Both the position numbers and the translations under genes were made by a program. This document shows, piece by piece, positions 1 through 7,314 of a stretch of DNA of 24,000 bases. The notes under the pieces are model-generated. The model was not told the origin of the DNA. It was given only the letters and a program-made list of their open reading frames with translations, and ran no database searches. Positions within the stretch are counted from its first letter, which is position 1, and every line of letters starts with the position of its first letter. The DNA is from Parabacteroides massiliensis (GTDB lineage: Bacteria; Bacteroidota; Bacteroidia; Bacteroidales; Tannerellaceae), in NCBI RefSeq assembly GCF_900155425.1, contig NZ_LT700189.1, forward strand, positions 465,787 to 489,786, read 5' to 3'.

Positions 1-611
1 GTCAGTATATGAATGCCTTAGAAAAAGTGGTCGATGACATGAATATTTGTCGTGGAGTAAGTATTTTGAAAGGCGATAACATAAAAAATTTATTAGAATG
101 TTCTAACCGGTTATCGGCTGTAATCATTGAACCCATGAAACCAATTGTTGATTGCTTGAAAAGCTCATTTGCCAACTTCATGCCTTCAATGAATATAAAA
201 AATGGTTATTTTGCTGCTAAATGGTGTTTTGAAAATCAATTGTATCAACAGTCTCTTACGATCTTGCATGAAACAATCATTTCTCATATTTGTGAGAGTG
301 AAGGTTTGTGTATTACTGATGAAAGAGAGAGAGAGGCAGTCAATAAGAGTTTCTATATTTTTATTAATGGTGTAGAAAAAGAAAAGTGGGATTGTGATGA
401 GAAGCAAGCGCAATTAATAGAAAAAATGTTGCATAATAGTTGTATAAAAGTTTTGGCTTCAACATTCATGGTTACAACTAATTTGAGAAATGATTACAAC
501 CATGCAGGTATGCGTTCTTGTCCGACAAAACGAACAGGGTTGATAAATAATTTGAGAGAACGTTTGGATATTATTCTTTCTATGATTGAGAATAAGGAAA
601 TATGTTCATAA
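1..611 (+). CDS. Csx1/Csm6-type HEPN ribonuclease domain protein (C-terminal half of a TM1812/Csx1-family protein); probably 5'-truncated by the window edge
   Basis: The track ORF is 9..611, but the frame stays open back to nt 3, so the gene may begin upstream of the window. 'LRNDYNHAG' (R-N-x3-H, nt 486-503) fits the HEPN R-x4-6-H catalytic motif in the form typical of Csx1-family proteins. The preceding helical stretch (AAKWCFENQLYQQSLTILHETII) resembles the Csx1 helical insert. The stop (609-611) overlaps the next ATG (602). Family call is from memory of the consensus, not a search. Confidence 0.55.
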   Translation, partial: QYMNALEKVVDDMNICRGVSILKGDNIKNLLECSNRLSAVIIEPMKPIVDCLKSSFANFMPSMNIKNGYFAAKWCFENQLYQQSLTILHETIISHICESEGLCITDEREREAVNKSFYIFINGVEKEKWDCDEKQAQLIEKMLHNSCIKVLASTFMVTTNLRNDYNHAGMRSCPTKRTGLINNLRERLDIILSMIENKEICS

Positions 612-967
612 ACCTATCCAACCATCCCTCTCATACTTGGTCTGCTGAGCAATTGGGAGCTGCTCGGCATTATGGTGGTGATATTGTCGATATACCTTTT
701 CCTTCAGTATCGGCGATGGCGAATGAAGAGATTGTTGCTTGTTTGGCGAAGGAATATGTTGGTGATATTGTTTCGCGTTATGATCCAAAGCGGGATGTGT
801 TTCATGTGATGGGAGAGATGTGTTTTTCGTTTGCATTGGTCCGGTTGTTACAACAGGCTGGATTTGTGTGTGTGGCTTCGACTTCGGAAAGGATTGTGCA
901 AGAAGAGGAGCCGGGGCATAAGGAGGTATTCTTTAATTTTGTTCGGTTCAGGCAATATGGAATCTAA
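602..967 (+). CDS. Small (121 aa) alpha/beta-type accessory protein, tentatively Csx20-like (CRISPR-associated, proposed minimal CARF-like/ring-nuclease family)
   Basis: The ATG at 602 overlaps the upstream stop, and its own stop (965-967) overlaps the next ATG (957). The N-terminus 'MFINLSNHPSHTWSAEQ' and C-terminus 'FNFVRFRQY' match my recollection of the Csx20 pattern. Csx20 genes usually sit next to csx1. It is very likely a real gene (coupled on both sides); the family assignment is tentative. Confidence 0.45.
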   Translation: MFINLSNHPSHTWSAEQLGAARHYGGDIVDIPFPSVSAMANEEIVACLAKEYVGDIVSRYDPKRDVFHVMGEMCFSFALVRLLQQAGFVCVASTSERIVQEEEPGHKEVFFNFVRFRQYGI

Positions 968-2408
968 GAAAAAGACAGAGAAAGATAATTTGGTATTGAC
1001 AGCCAATCAGCAATGTGTTTTGGAGGCGTTAGTAGAGTTTATTCGAGACAAAAAAGCAAGAATTTTTATTCTTTGCGGATATGCTGGTACAGGGAAGACG
1101 ACAATGATGAAAGTGTTTATTGGGGAGTTGGAACGGCGTAATCTACCTTTTTCCTTGTTGGCATCAACGGGAAGGGCTGCCAAGATATTGTCGAATGCAA
1201 CGAAACATTCCGCCTCTACGGTACATAGTTTGATTTATAAGTTTGATGATTTGAATCAGAATATGGACAAATTGGTGGCGCAGCGAGAAAAGAACGGTAT
1301 GGATAAATCCGTGCAATTATTGTTGAATTTTTCGCTGGTTCCGGTTGGGGAGTATTCCGGAGAGTCGAAATATTACATCGTAGATGAATCCTCCATGATT
1401 TCGGATGTTGTTGACAAGAATGCGACACAGGCCTGTTTCGGGAGTGGACGTTTATTAGCGGACCTGTTGGCTTTTGATCCGAAAGGAAAATTCGTTTTTG
1501 TCGGAGATATTTGTCAGTTGCCACCGATATTGCAGGAAAATTCGCCTGCATTATCATCCGAATATATAGGGAAGACTTACGATATACCAGTTGAAAAGAT
1601 GGAACTGACCGCGATTGTACGCCAAGATAGTGGAAATGATTTGATACTGTCTGCTCAGAAAATGCGTGCTTTGTATGTGCACCCTCCGGTCTGCACGTGG
1701 GGCCGGTTCCCTTTACGCGGGTATGAGCATATTCGTTTGTATCCCTCTCAATTTAACTTGTTGAGCGCCTATATCGAAGATATCAAACTGAAAGGGTACA
1801 ATGCGGTTACGATGCTTACGCAGTCGAATAAAGCGTGTATGGAATTGACACGTATCATCAGACCTTCTTTGGGATTTCATACTGAACAGATACAAGTTGG
1901 CGATTTGTTGCTTGTCACACAGAACAACTATATTTCCGGACTGATGAATGGAGACATGGTAAAGATAATAGAGATCGGTACAAGGCGGGATAGAGCTGGT
2001 TTGACTTTTGTTTATGTCAAGGTGGAAGAATTGTTTACCAAGACTGTCTATTCTCAGTTAATGATAGAAAACATCGTGTATGATTCGGTGACCAATTTGA
2101 CGCAAACGCAACAGAAAGAACTGTTTATTGATTTCTTTATCCGCATGAGAGATAAAGGAATTAGGCAAAAGAGCGAAGCTTTCAATAAGGCAATGATGAC
2201 GGATCCATATCTGAATGCCCTTAGAGTTGTGTTCGGTTATGTCCTAACTTGCCATAAGGCACAAGGTGGGGAGTGGGAAGAAGTTTATTTAGATATTCCG
2301 AGGCGGATTGCCAGAGAACCGAAAGCGGCTACATACCAGTGGTTGTATACGGCTATGACTCGTGCACGAAACACATTGCATATAGTGGATGATTTTTATG
2401 TTCAATAG
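957..2408 (+). CDS. SF1B RecD/Dda/Pif1-like ATP-dependent DNA helicase (AAA_30 + UvrD_C_2 type architecture)
   Basis: The track ORF starts at a TTG (831) inside the previous gene. I prefer ATG 957 ('MESKKK...'), which overlaps the upstream stop by 11 nt. Motifs: Walker A GYAGTGKTT (1077-1103), Walker B 'YIVDESSM', motif III 'VGDICQLPP', and C-terminal 'LTCHKAQGGEW...YTAMTRARNTLHIV'. Confidence 0.8.
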   Translation: MESKKKTEKDNLVLTANQQCVLEALVEFIRDKKARIFILCGYAGTGKTTMMKVFIGELERRNLPFSLLASTGRAAKILSNATKHSASTVHSLIYKFDDLNQNMDKLVAQREKNGMDKSVQLLLNFSLVPVGEYSGESKYYIVDESSMISDVVDKNATQACFGSGRLLADLLAFDPKGKFVFVGDICQLPPILQENSPALSSEYIGKTYDIPVEKMELTAIVRQDSGNDLILSAQKMRALYVHPPVCTWGRFPLRGYEHIRLYPSQFNLLSAYIEDIKLKGYNAVTMLTQSNKACMELTRIIRPSLGFHTEQIQVGDLLLVTQNNYISGLMNGDMVKIIEIGTRRDRAGLTFVYVKVEELFTKTVYSQLMIENIVYDSVTNLTQTQQKELFIDFFIRMRDKGIRQKSEAFNKAMMTDPYLNALRVVFGYVLTCHKAQGGEWEEVYLDIPRRIAREPKAATYQWLYTAMTRARNTLHIVDDFYVQ

Positions 2409-2502
2409 TATTTAGATATATAATTAATATGGGAAACAAGAGCAGTCTTGGTGGGTACCCTGTATTCATTTGTACATTTTCAGTATATCATTCCCTGTAA
2501 TT

Positions 2503-3789
2503 TTATTCCCCGAAATCTGATAACATCTCAATACGGTCGTTCATCTCTTCTTTTATTTGATGGCTCCAATAGGCATCAACCCCCGCTATATCCGCATATC
2601 GCTGGTAGTCGCTGACAACACCGATTGCCTTTTCTATGAGAGAGTCGGCTCCTTTTATATTGTATTTTTTGGCTATCTCGAGTAAGTCTCCACGTTTAAA
2701 GGCTGAGTTTTTGTTGTTTATGCTCAAGCAGTGACGATTTACGTATCCCGGAGCCGACGGATCGACCAAGAATGTGAAATCATAGGTAGGGGTAATATGC
2801 CACACCCCGTCTTGTCCCATCATGAAACTGAAATTCTTATTGTGGTCATCCACATTTCCTCCAAGCACATTCATGGTCATGGACAGGAACAGTTGTTGCA
2901 TTTCCATCGGCATGATACCAATACGACAAGCGGTTTCAAACAGAGACTCATAACTGTCTGCTACCGGATTCATTGCTGCTAAAGTCTGGATATGAATTTT
3001 CTCATTTCCTTTGCGGTCAAACCGTTCTGTCAGGAAATGTACATCCTTTTCTCCTTCAATAAGCATCGATGGCATCATTTCCATCCCTGCGTCCTGCGCC
3101 ATCAAGTAATAGCTATATTCAATACGTGTTGTCGGCAGGTCAAGATGCTCATCAAATTTGATTATCATTGGGGTGAAACCGGATGTGGGAGCATTTACCT
3201 GTCCCGAATAGCACTCATAGGTCTCCTTATTCATATGAATGATCGCTTTCGCTCTACGGCCACCGGCTGATGTTCCCACCTTGAACAGGCTCTCGATCAT
3301 CAAGTCTGGCTGCATTTTCGCTTTGAAGTCCTTAGCTTCGTTCAAGGCAGCACGGGCAAGCCTATACAGGTCGGCAATTTCCACTTTAAACGGTTTTTCC
3401 ATTTCTTCTGCGGCAGGAGGTATGAACTCCAACGCTCCCATTCCTCGCCTGCCGATGTAGGCCAAACGGTCGAGCGATGACAGGTCACGGGATTTTATAT
3501 GATGCACTTTTGCCCATTCATTAAATATCCTATTTCCCCAATGGTCAGGCAGTGAATCGGCTATGAAAGAGGGCAGGCCGCAGAAGCTCTTGTCGTCCTC
3601 CGCATAAACAGGCAATCCGCGCTGGACGGTTACACCATTTATTGGGGCTTGCAATGGAGCGATGTCATAACCACCCTTTATAAAGTCGCCGTCGAAATAA
3701 AAACATACCTTTTCAGTATATTTTTCCTTATAGGCTACCAGTGTGCCAACTTTCCGATTCCACAAAAAGACATCAAGATTTTGTATCAT
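2503..3789 (-). CDS. hipA: HipA-family type II toxin (Ser/Thr kinase)
   Basis: 428 aa. The N-terminus 'LDVFLWNRKVGTLV' fits the HipA N-terminal pattern. The C-terminal catalytic region is 'GGNVDDHNKNFSF...ITPTYDFTF'. Its start overlaps the stop of the upstream HTH gene by 17 nt (3773-3789). Confidence 0.85.
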   Translation of the reverse strand: MIQNLDVFLWNRKVGTLVAYKEKYTEKVCFYFDGDFIKGGYDIAPLQAPINGVTVQRGLPVYAEDDKSFCGLPSFIADSLPDHWGNRIFNEWAKVHHIKSRDLSSLDRLAYIGRRGMGALEFIPPAAEEMEKPFKVEIADLYRLARAALNEAKDFKAKMQPDLMIESLFKVGTSAGGRRAKAIIHMNKETYECYSGQVNAPTSGFTPMIIKFDEHLDLPTTRIEYSYYLMAQDAGMEMMPSMLIEGEKDVHFLTERFDRKGNEKIHIQTLAAMNPVADSYESLFETACRIGIMPMEMQQLFLSMTMNVLGGNVDDHNKNFSFMMGQDGVWHITPTYDFTFLVDPSAPGYVNRHCLSINNKNSAFKRGDLLEIAKKYNIKGADSLIEKAIGVVSDYQRYADIAGVDAYWSHQIKEEMNDRIEMLSDFGE

Positions 3790-4099
3790 TCTCGTTTCTC
3801 CTTACTCTTTTAGGGATTAATTTGTTTAGCTGTTTCAGTGCCAGTGGCGGCATGGGTAATTTAGGCAGCAAATCACAGACGCGTTTCTCCATGCCGATTA
3901 TCCGCAACAAGGATATGAAATTGTTTAGGGTCATGTTTTGATTGACTCCCTGTTCAAAATGGCTTATTGTGGCAAGGCTCACACCGGATTTCTCCGCCAT
4001 TTCCTTTTGGCTCATCCGGGCAGCAAGCCTGTACTCCTTTATGCGCTTTGCCAAAAGTAGCATAATATCTTGGTTGGTTACATAATCTGCATCACTCAT
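3773..4099 (-). CDS. hipB: XRE-family helix-turn-helix antitoxin (HipB-like)
   Basis: 108 aa with the HTH_XRE pattern 'IKEYRLAARMSQKEMAEKSGVSLATISHFEQG'. It lies directly upstream of hipA and overlaps it. Confidence 0.75.
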   Translation of the reverse strand: MSDADYVTNQDIMLLLAKRIKEYRLAARMSQKEMAEKSGVSLATISHFEQGVNQNMTLNNFISLLRIIGMEKRVCDLLPKLPMPPLALKQLNKLIPKRVRRNENDTKS

Positions 4100-4127
4100 A
4101 ACGTGGTAGAATATTACTATTTAATTG

Positions 4128-4135
4128 CAAAAATA
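4128..4135 (-). promoter_or_regulatory. Candidate Bacteroides-type -7 box (TATTTTTG on the minus strand) for hipBA
   Basis: The plus-strand CAAAAATA is TAnnTTTG on the minus strand, 29 nt upstream of the hipB ATG (4099). It is flanked by direct repeats ATATTACTA at 4111-4119 and 4151-4159, which could be an operator. Confidence 0.3.
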
Positions 4136-4280
4136 CAAAATAATATCCATATATTACTACTATGTGTGGGGTTTCTTCTGATTATGTAAGAAATCATTCA
4201 TTTGATTTTTTCGTATGACATGATTTGGGCAGGCAAATCTTTTTGCTGGATAAATGTTTGCTTTCCGGCGGATCTGTGAG

Positions 4281-4288
4281 TACCTTTG
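4281..4288 (+). promoter_or_regulatory. Candidate -7 box TACCTTTG (TAnnTTTG) for the DUF6078-like gene
   Basis: Exact match to the Bacteroides -7 consensus, 23 nt upstream of ATG 4311. This argues against the upstream ATGs at 4254 and 4290 as starts. Confidence 0.35.
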
Positions 4289-4310
4289 TATGATACCAAT
4301 ACATTATATT

Positions 4311-4766
4311 ATGTTAGACAAATTGGATTATTCTTTGGTTCCTTATGATTTTGCGTTTTGTTTTGACGGGAAATGCCGGCGTGCTTCTACCTGTCTGCGT
4401 TATCAGGCGTCGCGCTATATTCCGAAAGAGTCCTGGGCGGTGAGGGTGGTCAATCCGGAGCGTGTTGTTCCCGATGGCGATTGTTGCGGGTTCATGGATG
4501 ACAGTCCGCTGAGAAACGCATACGGCATGGATCATCTGCTGGACAATATTCCTTATCGCGAGGCTAAGGAGATACGGAGGGAGATGAGGGAGTATTTCGG
4601 GACTACTCATTTTTACCGGCTGAAACGCAAGGAGCGTTGTTTCACTCCCGAAGGCCAGCAATATGTGCACGACCTGCTCCGCCGGTACGGTGTCGAAGGA
4701 GAGCCGGTGTTTGACCGGTATGAAGAAAATTTCGGTTGGGAATGCAATCCTGATACTACGGCATGA
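4311..4766 (+). CDS. DUF6078-like conserved Bacteroidales protein (Cys-containing, function unknown)
   Basis: The track ORF is 4254..4766. I prefer ATG 4311 ('MLDKLDYSLVPYDFAFCFDGKCRRASTCLRY...'), which gives the typical N-terminus I recall for this family. Also present: 'HLLDNIPYREAKEIRREMREYFG...YRLKRKERCFTPE'. Confidence 0.5.
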   Translation: MLDKLDYSLVPYDFAFCFDGKCRRASTCLRYQASRYIPKESWAVRVVNPERVVPDGDCCGFMDDSPLRNAYGMDHLLDNIPYREAKEIRREMREYFGTTHFYRLKRKERCFTPEGQQYVHDLLRRYGVEGEPVFDRYEENFGWECNPDTTA

Positions 4767-4786
4767 AAAAAAGGTTTCCATTGCAT

Positions 4787-4844
4787 GAAAATAAATTTTC
4801 CATAGGTAGAAAATAAATTTTCATGCGGTGGAAAATTTATTTTC
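4787..4844. repeat. Three copies of a 14-bp palindrome GAAAAT-(AA/TT)-ATTTTC at exact 22-bp phasing
   Basis: GAAAATAAATTTTC occurs at 4787-4800 and 4809-4822. Its exact reverse complement GAAAATTTATTTTC occurs at 4831-4844. Confidence 0.9.
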
Positions 4845-4927
4845 ACTGTTTGGAGAGGGGTGAAACATTTTGAGGTTTCTGAAAAGATTCGGTCTCTTAC
4901 GGGAGTTGCTTGTGTTGGAAAAAGCCC

Positions 4928-4935
4928 TATATTTG
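4928..4935 (+). promoter_or_regulatory. Candidate -7 box TATATTTG for the DUF5009/sdaA/GH43 block
   Basis: Exact TAnnTTTG match 44 nt upstream of ATG 4979. No comparable box was seen upstream of the next three genes. Confidence 0.35.
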
Positions 4936-4978
4936 TATCCGTCAATCGATATAGTTAACTCAAAAAGACATTGTGTAT

Positions 4979-6091
4979 ATGGAAAAACAAAAACAGTCCC
5001 GGCGGTTGCTGTCGCTGGATGCCCTGCGAGGGTTTGATATGTTCTTTATTATGGGAGGGGCTTCCCTTTTCGTTGCGTTGGCAACGTTGTTTCCGAATCC
5101 TTTTTTTCAGGCGATAGCCGATCAGATGCATCATGTGAAGTGGAACGGGCTGACACAGCACGACACGATCTTTCCGCTGTTTCTGTTTATCGCCGGCATC
5201 TCGTTCCCTTTCTCTTTGGAGAAGCAGCGGGAGCAGGGGAAGAGCGAGTCGGATATCTATAAGAAGATCATCCGCCGCGGTCTGACGTTGGTGTTGCTGG
5301 GATGTGTCTATAACGGATTGTTGCAGTTTGACTTTACGAATCTTCGCTATGCCAGTGTCTTGGCGCGTATCGGGTTGGGATGGATGTTTGCCGCCTTGTT
5401 GTTCGTACATTTCCGCACTTCTGTCCGGGCGTGGATAGCCGGGGCAATCTTGGTCGGCTATTGGGTTTGGATGGCTTTTATCCCTGTGCCGGGAGCAGAA
5501 GCCGGGCCGTTCACGTTGGAAGGTAACTGGGTCGGCTATGTGGACCGTTTGTTGTTGCCGGGGCGTTTACATCAAGGATTTTTTGACCCGGAAGGGTTGT
5601 TGTCCACGTTACCGGGAATTGTGACGGCTATGTTGGGAATGTTTACGGGCGAGTTCATCAAGTTGCATAAAGAAGGACTGACGGATAAGCGGAAGGTGGC
5701 AGGCTTGGTGCTGGCCGGTGCGTTGTTGCTGGTGGCAGGGTTGTTGTGGAGCTTGGTGTTCCCGATCAACAAAAAGCTGTGGAGCAGTTCGTTCGTCTGT
5801 GTCGTCGGAGCTTATTCGGTTTGGATGTTCGCCCTGTTTTATTACATTGTCGACGTGTTGGAGTGGCGTAAATGGACGTTCTTCTTCAAGGTGATCGGCG
5901 TGAATTCCATCACGATCTATCTGGCCCAGGAGTTCATCAACTTCTCTTTCACCTCCGACGCCCTGTTCGGGGGGCTTGCCGGGCTGATGCCGGAGGCCGT
6001 CCGGCCGTTGATCGGTTCGATCGGCTACATCGCTGTTTGTTGGGGATTCCTCTACTTCCTGTATCGTCAGCGTATTTTCTTGAAAGTGTGA
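4979..6091 (+). CDS. DUF5009/DUF1624 (HGSNAT-like, COG4299-type) multi-pass membrane acyltransferase
   Basis: The track start 4973 is GTG; the first ATG is 4979 ('MEKQKQSRRLLSLDALRGFDMFFI...'). 'R-L-x-S-L-D-x-L-R-G' followed by many hydrophobic helices is the family signature. It is a paralogue of the next gene. Confidence 0.7.
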   Translation: MEKQKQSRRLLSLDALRGFDMFFIMGGASLFVALATLFPNPFFQAIADQMHHVKWNGLTQHDTIFPLFLFIAGISFPFSLEKQREQGKSESDIYKKIIRRGLTLVLLGCVYNGLLQFDFTNLRYASVLARIGLGWMFAALLFVHFRTSVRAWIAGAILVGYWVWMAFIPVPGAEAGPFTLEGNWVGYVDRLLLPGRLHQGFFDPEGLLSTLPGIVTAMLGMFTGEFIKLHKEGLTDKRKVAGLVLAGALLLVAGLLWSLVFPINKKLWSSSFVCVVGAYSVWMFALFYYIVDVLEWRKWTFFFKVIGVNSITIYLAQEFINFSFTSDALFGGLAGLMPEAVRPLIGSIGYIAVCWGFLYFLYRQRIFLKV

Positions 6092-6098
6092 GAAGATT

Positions 6099-6126
6099 TC
6101 ATAAATCATAAATTGTAAATCATAAT
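6099..6126. repeat. Heptamer tandem array TCATAAA-TCATAAA-TTGTAAA-TCATAAT(G)
   Basis: Read directly from the sequence. The ATG of the next gene (6125) is embedded in the last unit. Confidence 0.9.
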
Positions 6127-7255
6127 GAAACCTGCTTATAAACGCCTGGAGTCGCTCGACGTGTTGCGTGGCTTCGATTTGTTTTGCCTGGTGGCTTTGG
6201 AAGGCATTCTGCATCCTCTCGGACGTGCGATAGATGCGGCGTGGTATGACGACTTTCTGTGGTGCTTCTCTCATGTGCAATGGGAGGGTTTCTCTTCGTG
6301 GGACTTGGTGATGCCGCTCTTCATGTTCATGGCGGGCGTGTCGATGCCCTTTGCCCTTTCCCGCTATAAGGCGATGCCGGATAAAGGGGCGGTCTACCGC
6401 CGTATCGTCAAACGCGTGATATTGCTTTGGATCTTCGGAATGATGTGTCAGGGGAACCTGTTGGGATTGGACCCTGACCGGATTTATCTTTATTCGAACA
6501 CCTTGCAGGCGATTGCGATGGGCTACCTGATCGCGGCCATGCTGTTCCTGCATGTGCGGCTCTCCGTGCAGATCGGGGCGGCGGTCGTCCTCTTGTTGGT
6601 CTATTGGGGGGCGATGCAGTTCATTACGGTCGATGGCTACGGAGGCGGTAACTACACGCCCGACGGAAACCTGGCCGAATGGGTGGACCGCACCGTGTTG
6701 GGGCGGTTCCGGGATGCAGCCGTGGTCGAGAACGGGCAAGTCGTGTTTGCCGAATCCTATCGTTATACGTGGATATTAAGCAGCCTGAACTTCGGAGTGA
6801 CGGTGCTGACCGGACTCTTTGCCGGACATATCCTGAAAAGCGCGATGGACCGGAAACGTAAATGGCAATGGCTGTTAGGCATCGGTGTGGCGATGGTTGC
6901 CTTGGGCTGGCTGTGGGGATTGCAGCTTCCGGTGATCAAGAAGATATGGACAAGTTCGATGGTGCTGGTCAGCAGCGGCTACTGCTTCCTGCTGATGGGT
7001 GTGTTCTATTATTGGATCGATTATAAGGGACACGGGAAGAATCTGACCTGGCTGAAAGTCTACGGCATGAATTCGATCGTGGCTTACATGTTGGCTAACG
7101 TGATTAGTTTCAGAAGTATAGGAACATCCCTCTTCCATGGTCTCGAACAATATATAGGAAATTATTATCCGGCTTTGATTGCAACGTCGAACGCGTTGAT
7201 AATTTATGTAATTTTGTGGCTGCTTTATAAACGTAATATATTTTTGAAAGTGTGA
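6125..7255 (+). CDS. DUF5009/DUF1624 (HGSNAT-like) membrane acyltransferase, tandem paralogue
   Basis: 'KRLESLDVLRGFDLFCLV...' with a multi-pass hydrophobic profile. It has the same C-terminal '...IFLKV' ending as the upstream gene. Confidence 0.7.
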   Translation: MKPAYKRLESLDVLRGFDLFCLVALEGILHPLGRAIDAAWYDDFLWCFSHVQWEGFSSWDLVMPLFMFMAGVSMPFALSRYKAMPDKGAVYRRIVKRVILLWIFGMMCQGNLLGLDPDRIYLYSNTLQAIAMGYLIAAMLFLHVRLSVQIGAAVVLLLVYWGAMQFITVDGYGGGNYTPDGNLAEWVDRTVLGRFRDAAVVENGQVVFAESYRYTWILSSLNFGVTVLTGLFAGHILKSAMDRKRKWQWLLGIGVAMVALGWLWGLQLPVIKKIWTSSMVLVSSGYCFLLMGVFYYWIDYKGHGKNLTWLKVYGMNSIVAYMLANVISFRSIGTSLFHGLEQYIGNYYPALIATSNALIIYVILWLLYKRNIFLKV

Positions 7256-7276
7256 GAGGAATGAAGGTGTGTCAAA

Positions 7277-7311
7277 ATATAAATCATAAATCATAAATCA
7301 TAAATCATAAA
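7277..7311. repeat. Heptamer tandem array ATATAAA + 4 x TCATAAA
   Basis: Read directly from the sequence. It ends 3 nt before the sdaA ATG (7315). Confidence 0.9.
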
Positions 7312-7314
7312 CCG

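Noticed and set aside
831-956. N-terminal extension of the helicase ORF (track start 831)
   Set aside because: Position 831 is a TTG inside the preceding gene. The 42 extra residues are Cys/Arg/Leu-rich with no helicase similarity. ATG 957 gives a normal N-terminus and an 11-nt coupled overlap.
4254-4310. Upstream ATGs (4254, 4290) for the DUF6078-like gene
   Set aside because: A consensus -7 box sits at 4281-4288, downstream of or overlapping these codons. The extra residues (MFAFRRICEYLCMIPIHYI) do not resemble the family N-terminus, which begins near 'MLDKLDYSLVPY'.
5609-6739. 376-aa minus-strand ORF spanning the two DUF5009 genes
   Set aside because: It is antisense to two recognisable membrane-protein genes and crosses their intergenic heptamer array. 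It has an R/H/Q/P-rich composition with no motifs, so it is a shadow ORF.
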